Assembly (NCBI GenBank): GCA_963829525.1
Contig: CAWHIJ010000003.1
Span: 2,816,001 to 2,880,000 of the forward strand
Direction: 5' to 3'
DNA: 64,000 nucleotides
Origin: an uncultured Actinomycetota bacterium
GTDB lineage: Bacteria; Actinomycetota; Actinomycetes; JAHEKZ01
In this document: in pieces, positions 10,044 through 20,666 of the stretch
Layout: each line of letters opens with the position of its first letter
Position numbering within the stretch: position 1 is the first letter of the stretch
The notes under the pieces: model-generated
The model's input: only the letters and a program-made list of their open reading frames with translations
Database searches by the model: none
What the model was told of the DNA's origin: nothing
Program-made: the position numbers and the translations under genes

Positions 10044-11264
10044 TCAGGGAGCGTGGTGGCGCAGGTGGTGGCGCACGTCGCGGAACCTCACCGCCTCGTA
10101 CGCGATCAGCACCACCAGCAGGGTGACGAGAGCCGTCAGCGATACATACGCAGGCACGACCAGTCCCATGGGGATTGCCAGCACCAACAGTCCTGCGGCT
10201 ACGGATCGCTGCACGTTGACCGAGCCCATGTTCCGCAGCCGAAAGAGGATGTGGCCGACGAGGTAGAGGGCCACCCCGCCGAAGAGCGCAACCGACGGGA
10301 TCAGCTTCAGCGGCTCACCGACGTCCAACAGACACTTCTTGAGCCCGAGTGCCAGGAAGACGATCCCCAGGATCATCAGCACGTGTAGGTAGCTGTAGGA
10401 GTCGCGGGCGAGTGCGTTGCGCTCGGCACCAGTTGCCTTGCCGAGTCGCTTCTCGGCGGCGAGCGCTACCACGTCGAAGTAGAGCCACCAGAGTGCGGCG
10501 ACGACCGTCATCCCGAAGACACTCGCGCTGACGACCGCTGCCGTCTGCGGCTCTTCGGACGCAGCCAGACCCAGCGCCACGATGGACTCACCGAGAGCGA
10601 TGATGATGATCAGGCCATGACGCTCGGCAAAGTGTGACGGCCTGACATGCCACCCCTGCGTACCCGAGATCAGCGGAGCGGTCGTCGTCAGGATCAGCGC
10701 CAGCGTCCAGAGCGAGGCACGCATCACGCCTGCCTCAAGAAAGCCTGCTATCGCGACCAACACCGGTGCGGCGAGCACACCTGGGGCCATGCGTAGCACG
10801 GCTCGGTTCATTTCTGGCTTGTCGCGGGTGGACAACGCATACAGCAAGATGAACAACAACGTCACCGTGAGGTAGGCGAAGCCGAAGAGAACGCCGTCGC
10901 CGGAAAAGGCCTCTGGAATCGCCAGTCCCATCACCAGGCCGGCGGCCATGGCAGCGAATACCACGATTCGGGAGCGAATGTCGTCGTCCACCGGGACCGA
11001 GTTCGTCAGCCAGGAGTAGCCGACCCAGGCCCACCAGACGACGAGGAGGAGAGCGATCCCTCGGAGAATTCCGGTGCCGGTGAGGTCTACGGCGAGCAGG
11101 GACGTCACCTGAGTGAAAGCGAACACAAAGACGAGATCAAAGAAGAGCTCAAGCGGCGAGACGCCGTACTCCTCGTCAGGCGGTGGTTCGTGCGAGTGGT
11201 CGTCATCTGCGACGGTGTCGGGATCAGGCATGGACTCTGGTTCAGGTTCTGGCACGGACGCCAT
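10044..11264 (-). CDS. Low temperature requirement protein A (LtrA) family membrane protein
   Basis: LELFFDLVFVFA, WWAW, HFAERHGLIIIIALGESI, WWLYFD. Confidence 0.9.
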   Translation of the reverse strand: MASVPEPEPESMPDPDTVADDDHSHEPPPDEEYGVSPLELFFDLVFVFAFTQVTSLLAVDLTGTGILRGIALLLVVWWAWVGYSWLTNSVPVDDDIRSRIVVFAAMAAGLVMGLAIPEAFSGDGVLFGFAYLTVTLLFILLYALSTRDKPEMNRAVLRMAPGVLAAPVLVAIAGFLEAGVMRASLWTLALILTTTAPLISGTQGWHVRPSHFAERHGLIIIIALGESIVALGLAASEEPQTAAVVSASVFGMTVVAALWWLYFDVVALAAEKRLGKATGAERNALARDSYSYLHVLMILGIVFLALGLKKCLLDVGEPLKLIPSVALFGGVALYLVGHILFRLRNMGSVNVQRSVAAGLLVLAIPMGLVVPAYVSLTALVTLLVVLIAYEAVRFRDVRHHLRHHAP

Positions 11265-11296
11265 TGTGGCCGATCCCGCCTCGGTACGCTGCCTCG

Positions 11297-11704
11297 ATGA
11301 CCGCACAACGCACCCCCGACGGCGCTAGCGCCGCCCCCTTGGACTCTGCCTTGGGTCTGACAAGAGCTCCCGACGACGGTGACTCTGCGGTACTGCGGCT
11401 CGACCCCACCGCCATTGCCGTCGGCGCCGTCGAGCCGGTTACCTACCTGCATGGCGGGGCGCTGGCGACTGCAATTGACACCGCAGCCTGGGAGGCGATC
11501 ATTCGGGTCAGCGATGACACGTGGGTGGTCGCTGACATGCGGATCGATTTCGTGCGACTGGCCCGGAATGAGGTACACCGGGTCACGGCAACAGCGCGGA
11601 AGATCGGCCGCGCGCAGGCTGTAGCCGACGTCGAGATCACCGCCTGGGATGACCCTTCACGACTGGTCGCTCTGGGTCGGGTTCTGCTGGCCAAGGTCGG
11701 TTGA
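11297..11704 (+). CDS. PaaI family thioesterase
   Basis: LHGGALATAIDTA hotdog-fold motif. Confidence 0.82.
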   Translation: MTAQRTPDGASAAPLDSALGLTRAPDDGDSAVLRLDPTAIAVGAVEPVTYLHGGALATAIDTAAWEAIIRVSDDTWVVADMRIDFVRLARNEVHRVTATARKIGRAQAVADVEITAWDDPSRLVALGRVLLAKVG

Positions 11705-11708
11705 TCCC

Positions 11709-12509
11709 GTGTCGCCCGAAGAGCACTACACACACGGTCACCACGAGAGTGTGCTGCGCTCGCACACCTGGCGCACCGTCGCGAACTCGGCTGCTTACCT
11801 GGCACCTCGACTGATCGAAGGCTGCCACGTGCTGGACGTCGGGTGTGGCCCTGGAACCATCACGGCGGAGATGGCAGACCTCGTAGGACCGGCCGGATCG
11901 GTTACCGGGATAGATGCATCAGCGGAGGTGGTGGGTCTTGCCGCCAGCGCCCACCAACGCTCCAACCTGACCTTCACGACCGGGGACGCCTATGCGATCG
12001 ACGCCCCCGAGAACACGTACGACGTTGTGCATGCTCACCAAGTTCTTCAGCACCTCGCCGATCCAGTTGCGGCGCTGCGCGAGATGCGCCGGGTCTGCCG
12101 CCCCGGCGGTGTAGTCGCCGCGCGCGACGCCGACTACACAGGTTCGGCGTGGTACCCGGGCGATCCGAATCTGGACCGGTGGCTCGCACTCTCGCTGGCC
12201 GTCGGTCGAGCCAATGGCGGTGAACCGGAGGCCGGGCGGCGTCTGCTCGCGTGGGCTCACCGCGCCGAGTTCGCCGAGGTGACGCCATCCGCGAGCCTTT
12301 GGTGCTTTGCGACGCCAGGGGAACGGTCGTGGTGGGCGAACCTGTGGGCCGACCGCGTCACGCAGTCGCAACTTGGGCAGCAGGCAGTGGCCGAGGGCTT
12401 CGCGACCATTGCGGAGCTGGCTGAGATCGCCGACGCCTGGCGCGCATGGGCAGCCGACCCCGATGCTTGGTTCGCAGTGCTGCACGGCGAGATCCTGGCC
12501 AGCGTCTGA
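11709..12509 (+). CDS. Class I SAM-dependent methyltransferase
   Basis: YTHGHHESVLRSH, VLDVGCGPG, HQVLQHL. Confidence 0.9.
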   Translation: MSPEEHYTHGHHESVLRSHTWRTVANSAAYLAPRLIEGCHVLDVGCGPGTITAEMADLVGPAGSVTGIDASAEVVGLAASAHQRSNLTFTTGDAYAIDAPENTYDVVHAHQVLQHLADPVAALREMRRVCRPGGVVAARDADYTGSAWYPGDPNLDRWLALSLAVGRANGGEPEAGRRLLAWAHRAEFAEVTPSASLWCFATPGERSWWANLWADRVTQSQLGQQAVAEGFATIAELAEIADAWRAWAADPDAWFAVLHGEILASV

Positions 12510-12517
12510 CGACGTCG

Positions 12518-12739
12518 GCGGCGGCGTCCGCGTGTCGGCACCTTGCGGTGGCGTTCGCGTGTCGGCACCTTGCTGCGGCACTTTGCTCGAGCCGCTGCGG
12601 TGGCGTCCGCGTGTCGGCCCCTTGCGGTGGCACCTTGCCCGAGCCGCTGCGGTTGCATCCGCGTGTCGGCCCCTTGCGGTGCACCTTGGCTGCGGTGGCA
12701 TCCGCGTTCAGCCCCTTGCGGTGGACCTTCTCGGCCGCT
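12518..12739. repeat. Degenerate intergenic tandem array (27-bp unit x5 with ~25-bp unit x4)
   Basis: GCGGTGGCGTCCGCGTGTCGGCmCCTT variants start at 12518, 12545, 12597, 12649, 12692; the last four are followed by GCGGTGGCACCTTGCCCGAGCCGCT-like units. Confidence 0.85.
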
Positions 12740-12757
12740 GAAGCGCCGCTCGGACCA

Positions 12758-12803
12758 TTTGGGTGCAGCAAGTGTGGTGGTAGCGACACTTGCTGCACCC
12801 AAA
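12758..12803. repeat. REP-like palindrome, copy 1
   Basis: TTTGGGTGCAGCAAGTGT-N10-ACACTTGCTGCACCCAAA, perfect 18-bp stem; 40-bp core 12761-12800. Confidence 0.9.
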
Positions 12804-12845
12804 CACCGTGATTCGCGTCCGCCACCGAGCCCCACCTCGACGCGC

Positions 12846-12928
12846 CCACACCCGAAGACGTCCACACCCCAAGACGCCCCCACCCCAAGACGCCCCCACC
12901 CCAAGACGCCCCCACCCCAACGCGTCCA
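12846..12928. repeat. C-rich 16-bp tandem repeat
   Basis: CCCCAAGACGCCCCCA three times, with degenerate copies on either side. Confidence 0.85.
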
Positions 12929-13007
12929 CAGGTGGGGTCGAGGCCTGCCACCCACAGTCGACGCACGCCAAAGCCCCTCGACGGGATGCCTGGTTGACGC
13001 TGCGCCG

Positions 13008-13901
13008 GTGCCTCCGAAACCTCCGGTCGTCCTTCGCACCCGTGATGCCAACGGCCTCTTCGGCGCGTCCCATGTGCGCTGGATGGTCCAGTCGGGCCGT
13101 TGGCAACGACCGGCCAAAGGCGTGGTCGTGCGTCACTCCGGTGGCCTGTCCTTGCATGAGTCCGTCACGTGTGAGTTGTTGGCGCAGCACTCGTCGGCGG
13201 CGCTGGCCGGGCTGACGGCAGCCACCTTGGACGGATTGCGCGGATTCGACACACGCAAGATCTTCATCGTCACGCCTCACGGCACCCGGGCCCGTGTTCG
13301 ACCGCAGGTGATTGTCGTGCGCTCTCGACAGCTGTCAGCCAAAGACGTCCACCCTGTCCTGACTCCTCGTCGAACGCGGCTTCCCCGATCGATCGTTGAC
13401 GCAGCATCCTGGGCATCAACCGACCTGCGCTGTCAGGCGATCATCGCCTCAGCTGTGCAGCAAGGACTCGTCACAGCGAGTGCGCTGCATGTCGTCGCAG
13501 CTCCGCGGATGAAGCTTTCGCGACACGCGCTGATCACCGAGACGATCCGCGACGTAGGCGGCGGCTCGCTCAGCGAGTACGAGGTGCTCTTCATCCGGAT
13601 GTGCCGGAGGTACGGGCTACCCACACCCACACGGCAACGGCGGCGCAAGGATGCCGCTGGACGATGGCGCTACCTCGACGTCGACTTCGACGAGTACCAG
13701 CTGGTTGTGGAAGTCGATGGGCAGCAGCACATGGAGGCGCTCGCCTGGTGGGAGGACATGATGCGCAACAACGAGGTCGTCGTCGACGAGCAGAAGACTT
13801 TGCTGCGCTTCGCTGGGTTCGCGCTACGGCATCAGTGTGAGTTCGTCGCCGCGGTCCTGCGGCGGTTCTTCGACTCGCGGACTCCTGCATTGCCACGGTG
13901 A
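13008..13901 (+). CDS. AbiEi-like N-terminal domain + DUF559/Vsr-like PD-(D/E)xK nuclease domain protein
   Basis: GRWQRPAKGVV, LAGLTAA, SIVDAA, SLSEYE, YLDVDFDEYQLVVEVDGQQH, EDMMRNN, LLRF; start GTG 13008 inferred. Confidence 0.8.
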   Translation: MPPKPPVVLRTRDANGLFGASHVRWMVQSGRWQRPAKGVVVRHSGGLSLHESVTCELLAQHSSAALAGLTAATLDGLRGFDTRKIFIVTPHGTRARVRPQVIVVRSRQLSAKDVHPVLTPRRTRLPRSIVDAASWASTDLRCQAIIASAVQQGLVTASALHVVAAPRMKLSRHALITETIRDVGGGSLSEYEVLFIRMCRRYGLPTPTRQRRRKDAAGRWRYLDVDFDEYQLVVEVDGQQHMEALAWWEDMMRNNEVVVDEQKTLLRFAGFALRHQCEFVAAVLRRFFDSRTPALPR

Positions 13902-13912
13902 CGCCACCGTCT

Positions 13913-13952
13913 GGGTGCAGAAAGTGTTGCGTGAGCAGCACTTAAGACACCC
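13913..13952. repeat. REP-like palindrome, copy 2
   Basis: GGGTGCAGAAAGTG-N12-CACTTAAGACACCC, beginning 12 nt after the stop of the DUF559-like gene. Confidence 0.8.
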
Positions 13953-14127
13953 ACACCCCCTCTCGAGCGGGGCCACCGGGTGCGGAGATTGCGATCCACC
14001 TGCAGCGCTTGTCTTCGACCTGTGCGAAGCGCGAAGAACCGGTCGTCGGTTGCCGTCCTTGCTCTTGGAGTCCGAGTGTGGTGCGGTGGCGGGCGTGGCC
14101 GAGGGTGCCGACGATGCAACCGACGGG

Positions 14128-15192
14128 GTGACTGTGACGCCGACGTGGGTGCTGCACGTCGATCTTGACCAGTTCATCGCAGCCGTCGAGATTCGCCGCA
14201 ACCCGACCCTGCGTGGTCGGCCAGTAGTCGTCGGCGGAGACGGTGACCCCTCGCGACGCCGCCAGGTCGTGGCGACGGCTTCGTACGAAGCGCGAGCATT
14301 CGGCGTCCATTCCGGGATGCCGCTCACGTCGGCCTATCGCCGCTGCCCGGACGCGGTCTTCCTGCCCTCCGACCGCGACGCCTATGACGCGGCGTCCGAA
14401 GAGGTGTGGAGTGTGGTCCGTGAGCTCCCCGTGGTCACCGAGGTGTGGGGCTGGGACGAGGCGGTTCTTGGGTCAGACACCGACGACCCCGAGTTACTCG
14501 CTCGGCAGATCCGTCGCACTGTCGTCGAACGCACCGGCTTCACTTGCTGCGTCGGTATAGGCGACAACAAGCTGCGGGCCAAGATTGCGACGGGCTTCGC
14601 GAAGGCACCGGCTGGTGCACTGCCAGATGCTGCCATGGGTGTGTTCCGTCTGACGAAGGCGAACTGGCTCGAGGTGATGGGAGACCGGCCGACCGATGCC
14701 CTGTGGGGCGTCGGCGGGAAGACCAGCGCGAAGCTCGCTGAGCTGGGGCTTTCGACTGTGCGAGATCTTGGGTCGGCCGACCTCGACGCGATGCGGGCCC
14801 GGTTCGGTCCCAAGACCGGGCCATGGCTGGTGTCGGTGGGACGCGGGATGGGCGACCGCACGGTCACGAACGCCCCCTGGGTGCCCCGTGGCCGAAGCTC
14901 AGAGGTTACCTATGAGCACGACGTCGTCGATCGCCCGGATCTAGAGGAAAAGCTGCGCCAGATCGCAGCCGGTGTCGTGGCCGATGTCGCACCGAGCGGC
15001 CGGGCGATCACCCACGTCGGGATCAAGGTGCGGTTCGTGCCGTTCTTCACCACGACCCGCGTGCACAAACTGGCATCGCCGACGCAAGACGCCCGCGTCG
15101 TCGCCGACAACGCCGTCGCGCTGCTCGACCGGCTAGAGCTTGGGCGTCCCATCCGTTTGCTCGGGGTCCGCGTCGAGCTCACCGATCTCTGA
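14128..15192 (+). CDS. dinB: DNA polymerase IV, Y family (DinB2-like)
   Basis: LHVDLDQFIAAVE, TASYEARAFGVHSGMP, WGWDEA, DNKLRAKIA, RLLGV. Confidence 0.93.
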   Translation: MTVTPTWVLHVDLDQFIAAVEIRRNPTLRGRPVVVGGDGDPSRRRQVVATASYEARAFGVHSGMPLTSAYRRCPDAVFLPSDRDAYDAASEEVWSVVRELPVVTEVWGWDEAVLGSDTDDPELLARQIRRTVVERTGFTCCVGIGDNKLRAKIATGFAKAPAGALPDAAMGVFRLTKANWLEVMGDRPTDALWGVGGKTSAKLAELGLSTVRDLGSADLDAMRARFGPKTGPWLVSVGRGMGDRTVTNAPWVPRGRSSEVTYEHDVVDRPDLEEKLRQIAAGVVADVAPSGRAITHVGIKVRFVPFFTTTRVHKLASPTQDARVVADNAVALLDRLELGRPIRLLGVRVELTDL

Positions 15193-15196
15193 GTCT

Positions 15197-15236
15197 GGGT
15201 GCACGAAGTGGTGCCAGGACCACACTTGGTGCACCC
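15197..15236. repeat. REP-like palindrome, copy 3
   Basis: GGGTGCACGAAGTG-N12-CACTTGGTGCACCC, just after the dinB stop. Confidence 0.85.
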
Positions 15237-15260
15237 GCATGCAGGCGTTGGCTCGTGGCC

Positions 15261-16199
15261 CTAGTCGTTGTACGCCTCGAGCAGGATCCACGCGCTGCCG
15301 TCCAGCTCGTTGAGCGTCACCGTGTAGGTGACGCCGCCTGCTCCGCCCGCCTGTCCTTGACGCACCCTCAGGGCGCCCACCTGTTCGTCGATGACCACCG
15401 GGTCGGCGTTGATGTAGGCCATGTAAGCGTCAAACACTTCGTCGGGGTCACCTGTGACGCCGACGACGGCCGTGAAGCCACCAGTGATGGAGCCCCAGCC
15501 TTGCGGCCCAGCGAGGAAAGACCCTTCGGCAACCTTGAGGTCTGGGTCGCCTTCAACGTCGGTCGTGATCGTGGTTGGTCCGCCGACCCCCTCAGGCGCA
15601 TCTGGGAGGCCGTCGAGCGTCATGACACTCGACTCGGGCCACTGCACGCTGCCCAGCACGGGCCGGCCTGACTCTGTGACGTCCTGCCGCAGGTCGAGGG
15701 TGATGCCTTCGCCAACTTCGGAGACTCCGTTAGGCAGGGTGGCTGAGCAGATGACCTCGACGGCGTCGGCATCAAGGTCATCGGTATACGGCTGGGTGTC
15801 GACGCCGAGGGGCCCTCCGCGGTCGATCTCTTGGTTGCACACGGTGTCGTTGTACTGGGTCTGCAAGCCTTGGGGACCGCCCAACTGCGCAACGAGGTCG
15901 TCCGACAGGTCGACGATGTCAGCCCCTCCTGAGAGCAGGTACGCCTGCTGACCGTCGACGTACCAATCGCCGCCATCGATGGGCGACCGTTGCGACACCG
16001 AAGAGAAGACCGGGCCCACCAGCTGCGCACCCTGCGGCACGACGAGTTCAGCACCCATGGGCGTCCCTGCTGGCTGCATCCACGCGGCGTCCGGGGCATT
16101 CCACGGCTCGGTTGAAGAAACTGGCGCTGAGTCGCTGGCGCATCCGGCCGCAACAACTGCGAGGGCCGCAGCCGCCACTACCGCGATCACCGGGCGCAT
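15261..16199 (-). CDS. Hypothetical lipoprotein
   Basis: MRPVIAVVAAAALAVVAAGC signal/lipobox; acidic mature domain; AAGGGG RBS. Confidence 0.7.
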   Translation of the reverse strand: MRPVIAVVAAAALAVVAAGCASDSAPVSSTEPWNAPDAAWMQPAGTPMGAELVVPQGAQLVGPVFSSVSQRSPIDGGDWYVDGQQAYLLSGGADIVDLSDDLVAQLGGPQGLQTQYNDTVCNQEIDRGGPLGVDTQPYTDDLDADAVEVICSATLPNGVSEVGEGITLDLRQDVTESGRPVLGSVQWPESSVMTLDGLPDAPEGVGGPTTITTDVEGDPDLKVAEGSFLAGPQGWGSITGGFTAVVGVTGDPDEVFDAYMAYINADPVVIDEQVGALRVRQGQAGGAGGVTYTVTLNELDGSAWILLEAYND

Positions 16200-16314
16200 C
16201 GCATCCCCCTTTGATGTCACGGCAGCATGGCTGACGCGGAGGGCGTCCACCAGCACCAGGACCCACCCGTGGCCCAACCGCAACCGCGCCGTAACCGGCC
16301 CCAAAACGCCACAA

Positions 16315-16356
16315 CGTGTAAGTCCCCTGGGCCTATAGGCCCAGGGGACTTACACG
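16315..16356 (-). terminator. Hairpin downstream of groEL (perfect 42-bp palindrome)
   Basis: CGTGTAAGTCCCCTGGGCCTA|TAGGCCCAGGGGACTTACACG, about 28 nt after the groEL stop. Confidence 0.75.
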
Positions 16357-16383
16357 CTGTTGTTGCTGGTGGTGCAGCGTGGA

Positions 16384-18165
<1,782 letters not shown>

Positions 18166-18192
18166 TTAGCACTCTCACCCTCCGAGTGCAAA
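18166..18192. promoter_or_regulatory. CIRCE element 2 (HrcA operator)
   Basis: TTAGCACTC-N9-GAGTGCAAA. Confidence 0.92.
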
Positions 18193-18268
18193 CGGTTCGG
18201 CCCGGGCGGACTGGTTTGGTGGTCCTTTGGCTCGCCACGAGGCAGCCAGAGGTCGCGTTCTGACCCGC

Positions 18269-19947
18269 TTACCCCACCAGCTGCTCAGCAAACGACGCAT
18301 ATGTGGTCCCGGGTGGAAGGGCACCGATCACGGTGCTGGCCCCGAAAGCGTCAACGGTGACCACGTCCAACGGAAGCGGCTGCGGGCGGGGGCGGTCTGG
18401 ACGAATCACGAGAAGGACGCCCGAACGCCCCGGCTGAAGCGTGATGGGAGTGCACAGCGTGCCGTCGCGGTCAGGAGCGGGCGTCACGGGCACTGGCGTC
18501 GAGAAGTCCTCGTTCCACCAGACGCACCGGCCACCATCAGGCGAAGTGTCGGCGCCGAGCGCGTAGATCGAGGTGACATTGACACTGACGTAGATCGTCG
18601 GTGAGTCGGCCGATATCGCGAGCGCGTCCGGGTTGCCCATACGCCGCACCGACGTCGAGGGGGCGCTGACCGCTAGCCAGTCGCCATTCGGCTGTCGGAC
18701 GACGAGGCCGACACCCCCCACGCGACGTCGGTCACCTGCTGTTGCGACGCGGAGGTCTGCACGACACGGCCCGCCGTCGGCTGGACGTCGAAGACTCCCA
18801 GCTTGCCACCGCAGACACACGCGAAGGCGCCGCCGCCAGGAGCCCAGGCGAGCACCGTGTCGGCGATCGATGCTTCGCCCTGAGCCCGAGCCACAGGCTT
18901 GGCCTCGGGCACCGGTATGACGGCTCCGGTGTCGATGCGGACGAGGTACAGATCGCCCGTGGCATCGCCCCTTTGGAGGTTTCCGGTGGCCTGCACCAGA
19001 AGCAGCCACGCCCCGTCCGGTGAGAGCACTGCCTGTGTCCACGGTGGCCCGCGCCGCAAGAGACCCGTGGCAACACCGTCTACGTTGCCGTCGTACCACT
19101 CCGGTGTCGGGCGCCCGGAAAGCACAGTGTGCGCTTCACCAGTTGACGCATCCGTGACGACGGGCACACCCCCGACGACGTAGGCCATCGAAGCGGTCTT
19201 GATCGGCTGTTCGGCCAAGCTCGGCAACCCACGAGGAGGCGCTGCACTGTCCGGGATCCCCCACTGTTCGATGTTCGCGGCTACCGGGTCTGCGGAGGTA
19301 TCGCCCCCACTTTCCGGTAGCAGCGCAACGGCCGCTGCTACCACGGCGACGACCGCTACCGATCCGGCAACGACACTGACAAGCTTGCGGCGTCCACCGG
19401 CGCGGGACGCGGCGAGTGCGCGATCAGCCAGGTCCGATGGCACGTCTCGGGACGCCGCGGAGTTCAGCAGCGGGAGAAGCGGCGCATTTGCAGCAGCACC
19501 GGCAGCATCTCTGAACTTCGCGGCTGCAGTTTCGATGTCTGCGTCGACATCGTCAGTCGAGCAGTGCACAAGCGCGGAGATCTCGCGACTGCTCATCGAC
19601 TCGAGACCAGAGAGCACGACGAGCACGCGTTCCCGGTTGGTGAGCGTCGCGAGCGCGTGGCGTGCACCAGGCGCATCGTCGGCGATCGCGCTGGGTGCCG
19701 GGACCGCGTCGAAGGTCTGTGCGCGTCGCGACTGGGCGATCAGCGTCTCGTGGAGGTGCCGCCTGATTTCTGCCTCAGCACTGCCGTCGCGGGAGAGTGC
19801 ACGCCACTGTCGGGCAGCAGATGCCAGCGCACCTACGACTGCTTCCTGTGCTAGGTCGTCGTCCAGCTCAAGCAGCGACGCGGCGCGAACCACGGCAGGG
19901 CCGCGCACATCGACGAACTCGGCGAATCCAGCGGGACCGTTGGCCAC
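18269..19947 (-). CDS. SigE-family ECF sigma-like domain fused to TM helix and extracytoplasmic domain; frameshift near 18715
   Basis: N-terminal FAEFVDVRGPAVVRAA (region 2-like), ALATLTNRERVLVVL (region 4-like), TM VVAGSVAVVAVVAAAVALL, LSPDG/WAPGG propeller-like motifs; reading continues in ORF 18269..19099 after a C6 run. Confidence 0.65.
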
Positions 19948-19989
19948 CGAGTGAGTACACCACGTCGGTGGCCTCACTGCCCGCGTTGG

Positions 19990-20343
19990 TCATTCGACGA
20001 GGTCGGAAGCGAACGAGACGGCGGTCGCCCCTGGTGGGAGGGTGGTGAGGGTGGTTGTGGTTTCGCCGTTGGAGTCGATTCTCGTGACCTCGTAGTCCAC
20101 GGGATCTCCCTTCCAGTCCGTGAAGACGGTGAAGTAGGAGCTACCGAGCGCGCCAAGCAAAGGCCTGACACTGACCGATGGCATCGTCCAATCCTGGACG
20201 TCGTTCACGATCCAGTATGAGCGGTACCCCTTCATCACGCCGAGGAAGCCTCCTTGCCGGGATTGCCCCATCACGACGGCAGTCACCAGTCCCCCGGGGT
20301 CGAGAACTGAACTGATCGTGGGCCATTCTTTAGGGTCGGCCAT
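19990..20343 (-). CDS. Hypothetical protein, C-terminus similar to the neighbouring sigma-fusion C-terminus
   Basis: Ends LPPGATAVSFASDLVE versus LPPGTTYASFAEQLVG. Confidence 0.55.
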   Translation of the reverse strand: MADPKEWPTISSVLDPGGLVTAVVMGQSRQGGFLGVMKGYRSYWIVNDVQDWTMPSVSVRPLLGALGSSYFTVFTDWKGDPVDYEVTRIDSNGETTTTLTTLPPGATAVSFASDLVE

Positions 20344-20423
20344 TGACCCGTCGCCGGGCGGAACAAGCCTCCAGTCGCCGCCGAGTTCAGTCAGCTGCGT
20401 CGTTCTTGGCTCGGGGATGCGGG

Positions 20424-20666
20424 TCAGGTGTGGGCGGTGAGGTAGGTGACCAGGCCTGCGAGGCTGCGCACCTGGGGGTAGTCCCCCTCTGGCACGTCGA
20501 CACCTGTGCTCTCCTTCAGGCCTTCGATCAGACCGAGGAAGTCGAGCGAGTCGAGGTCGAGCTCGGTGCGCAGGTCCTCTGATGGCTCGACGTCGTCGAG
20601 GTCGGCCTCCGGGGCTATCTGGCCCAGGATCGCGGCAACGGTGTCTCGGGCTTGGTCGGCATTCAC
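20424..20666 (-). CDS. Acyl carrier protein
   Basis: 80 aa, acidic, LDLDSLDF phosphopantetheine site. Confidence 0.9.
   Translation of the reverse strand: MNADQARDTVAAILGQIAPEADLDDVEPSEDLRTELDLDSLDFLGLIEGLKESTGVDVPEGDYPQVRSLAGLVTYLTAHT

Noticed and set aside
12518-12739. CRISPR array
   Set aside because: Intervening segments resemble each other and the repeat, units are degenerate, and no cas genes are present.
12543-13007. N-terminal extension of the 452-aa ORF
   Set aside because: It translates the tandem repeats and palindrome as low-complexity R/P/A sequence; recognisable motifs start only after about 13008.
12758-13952. Classical IS element with terminal inverted repeats
   Set aside because: No DDE, HUH, serine or tyrosine recombinase motif; each flank is itself a palindrome; no target duplication seen.
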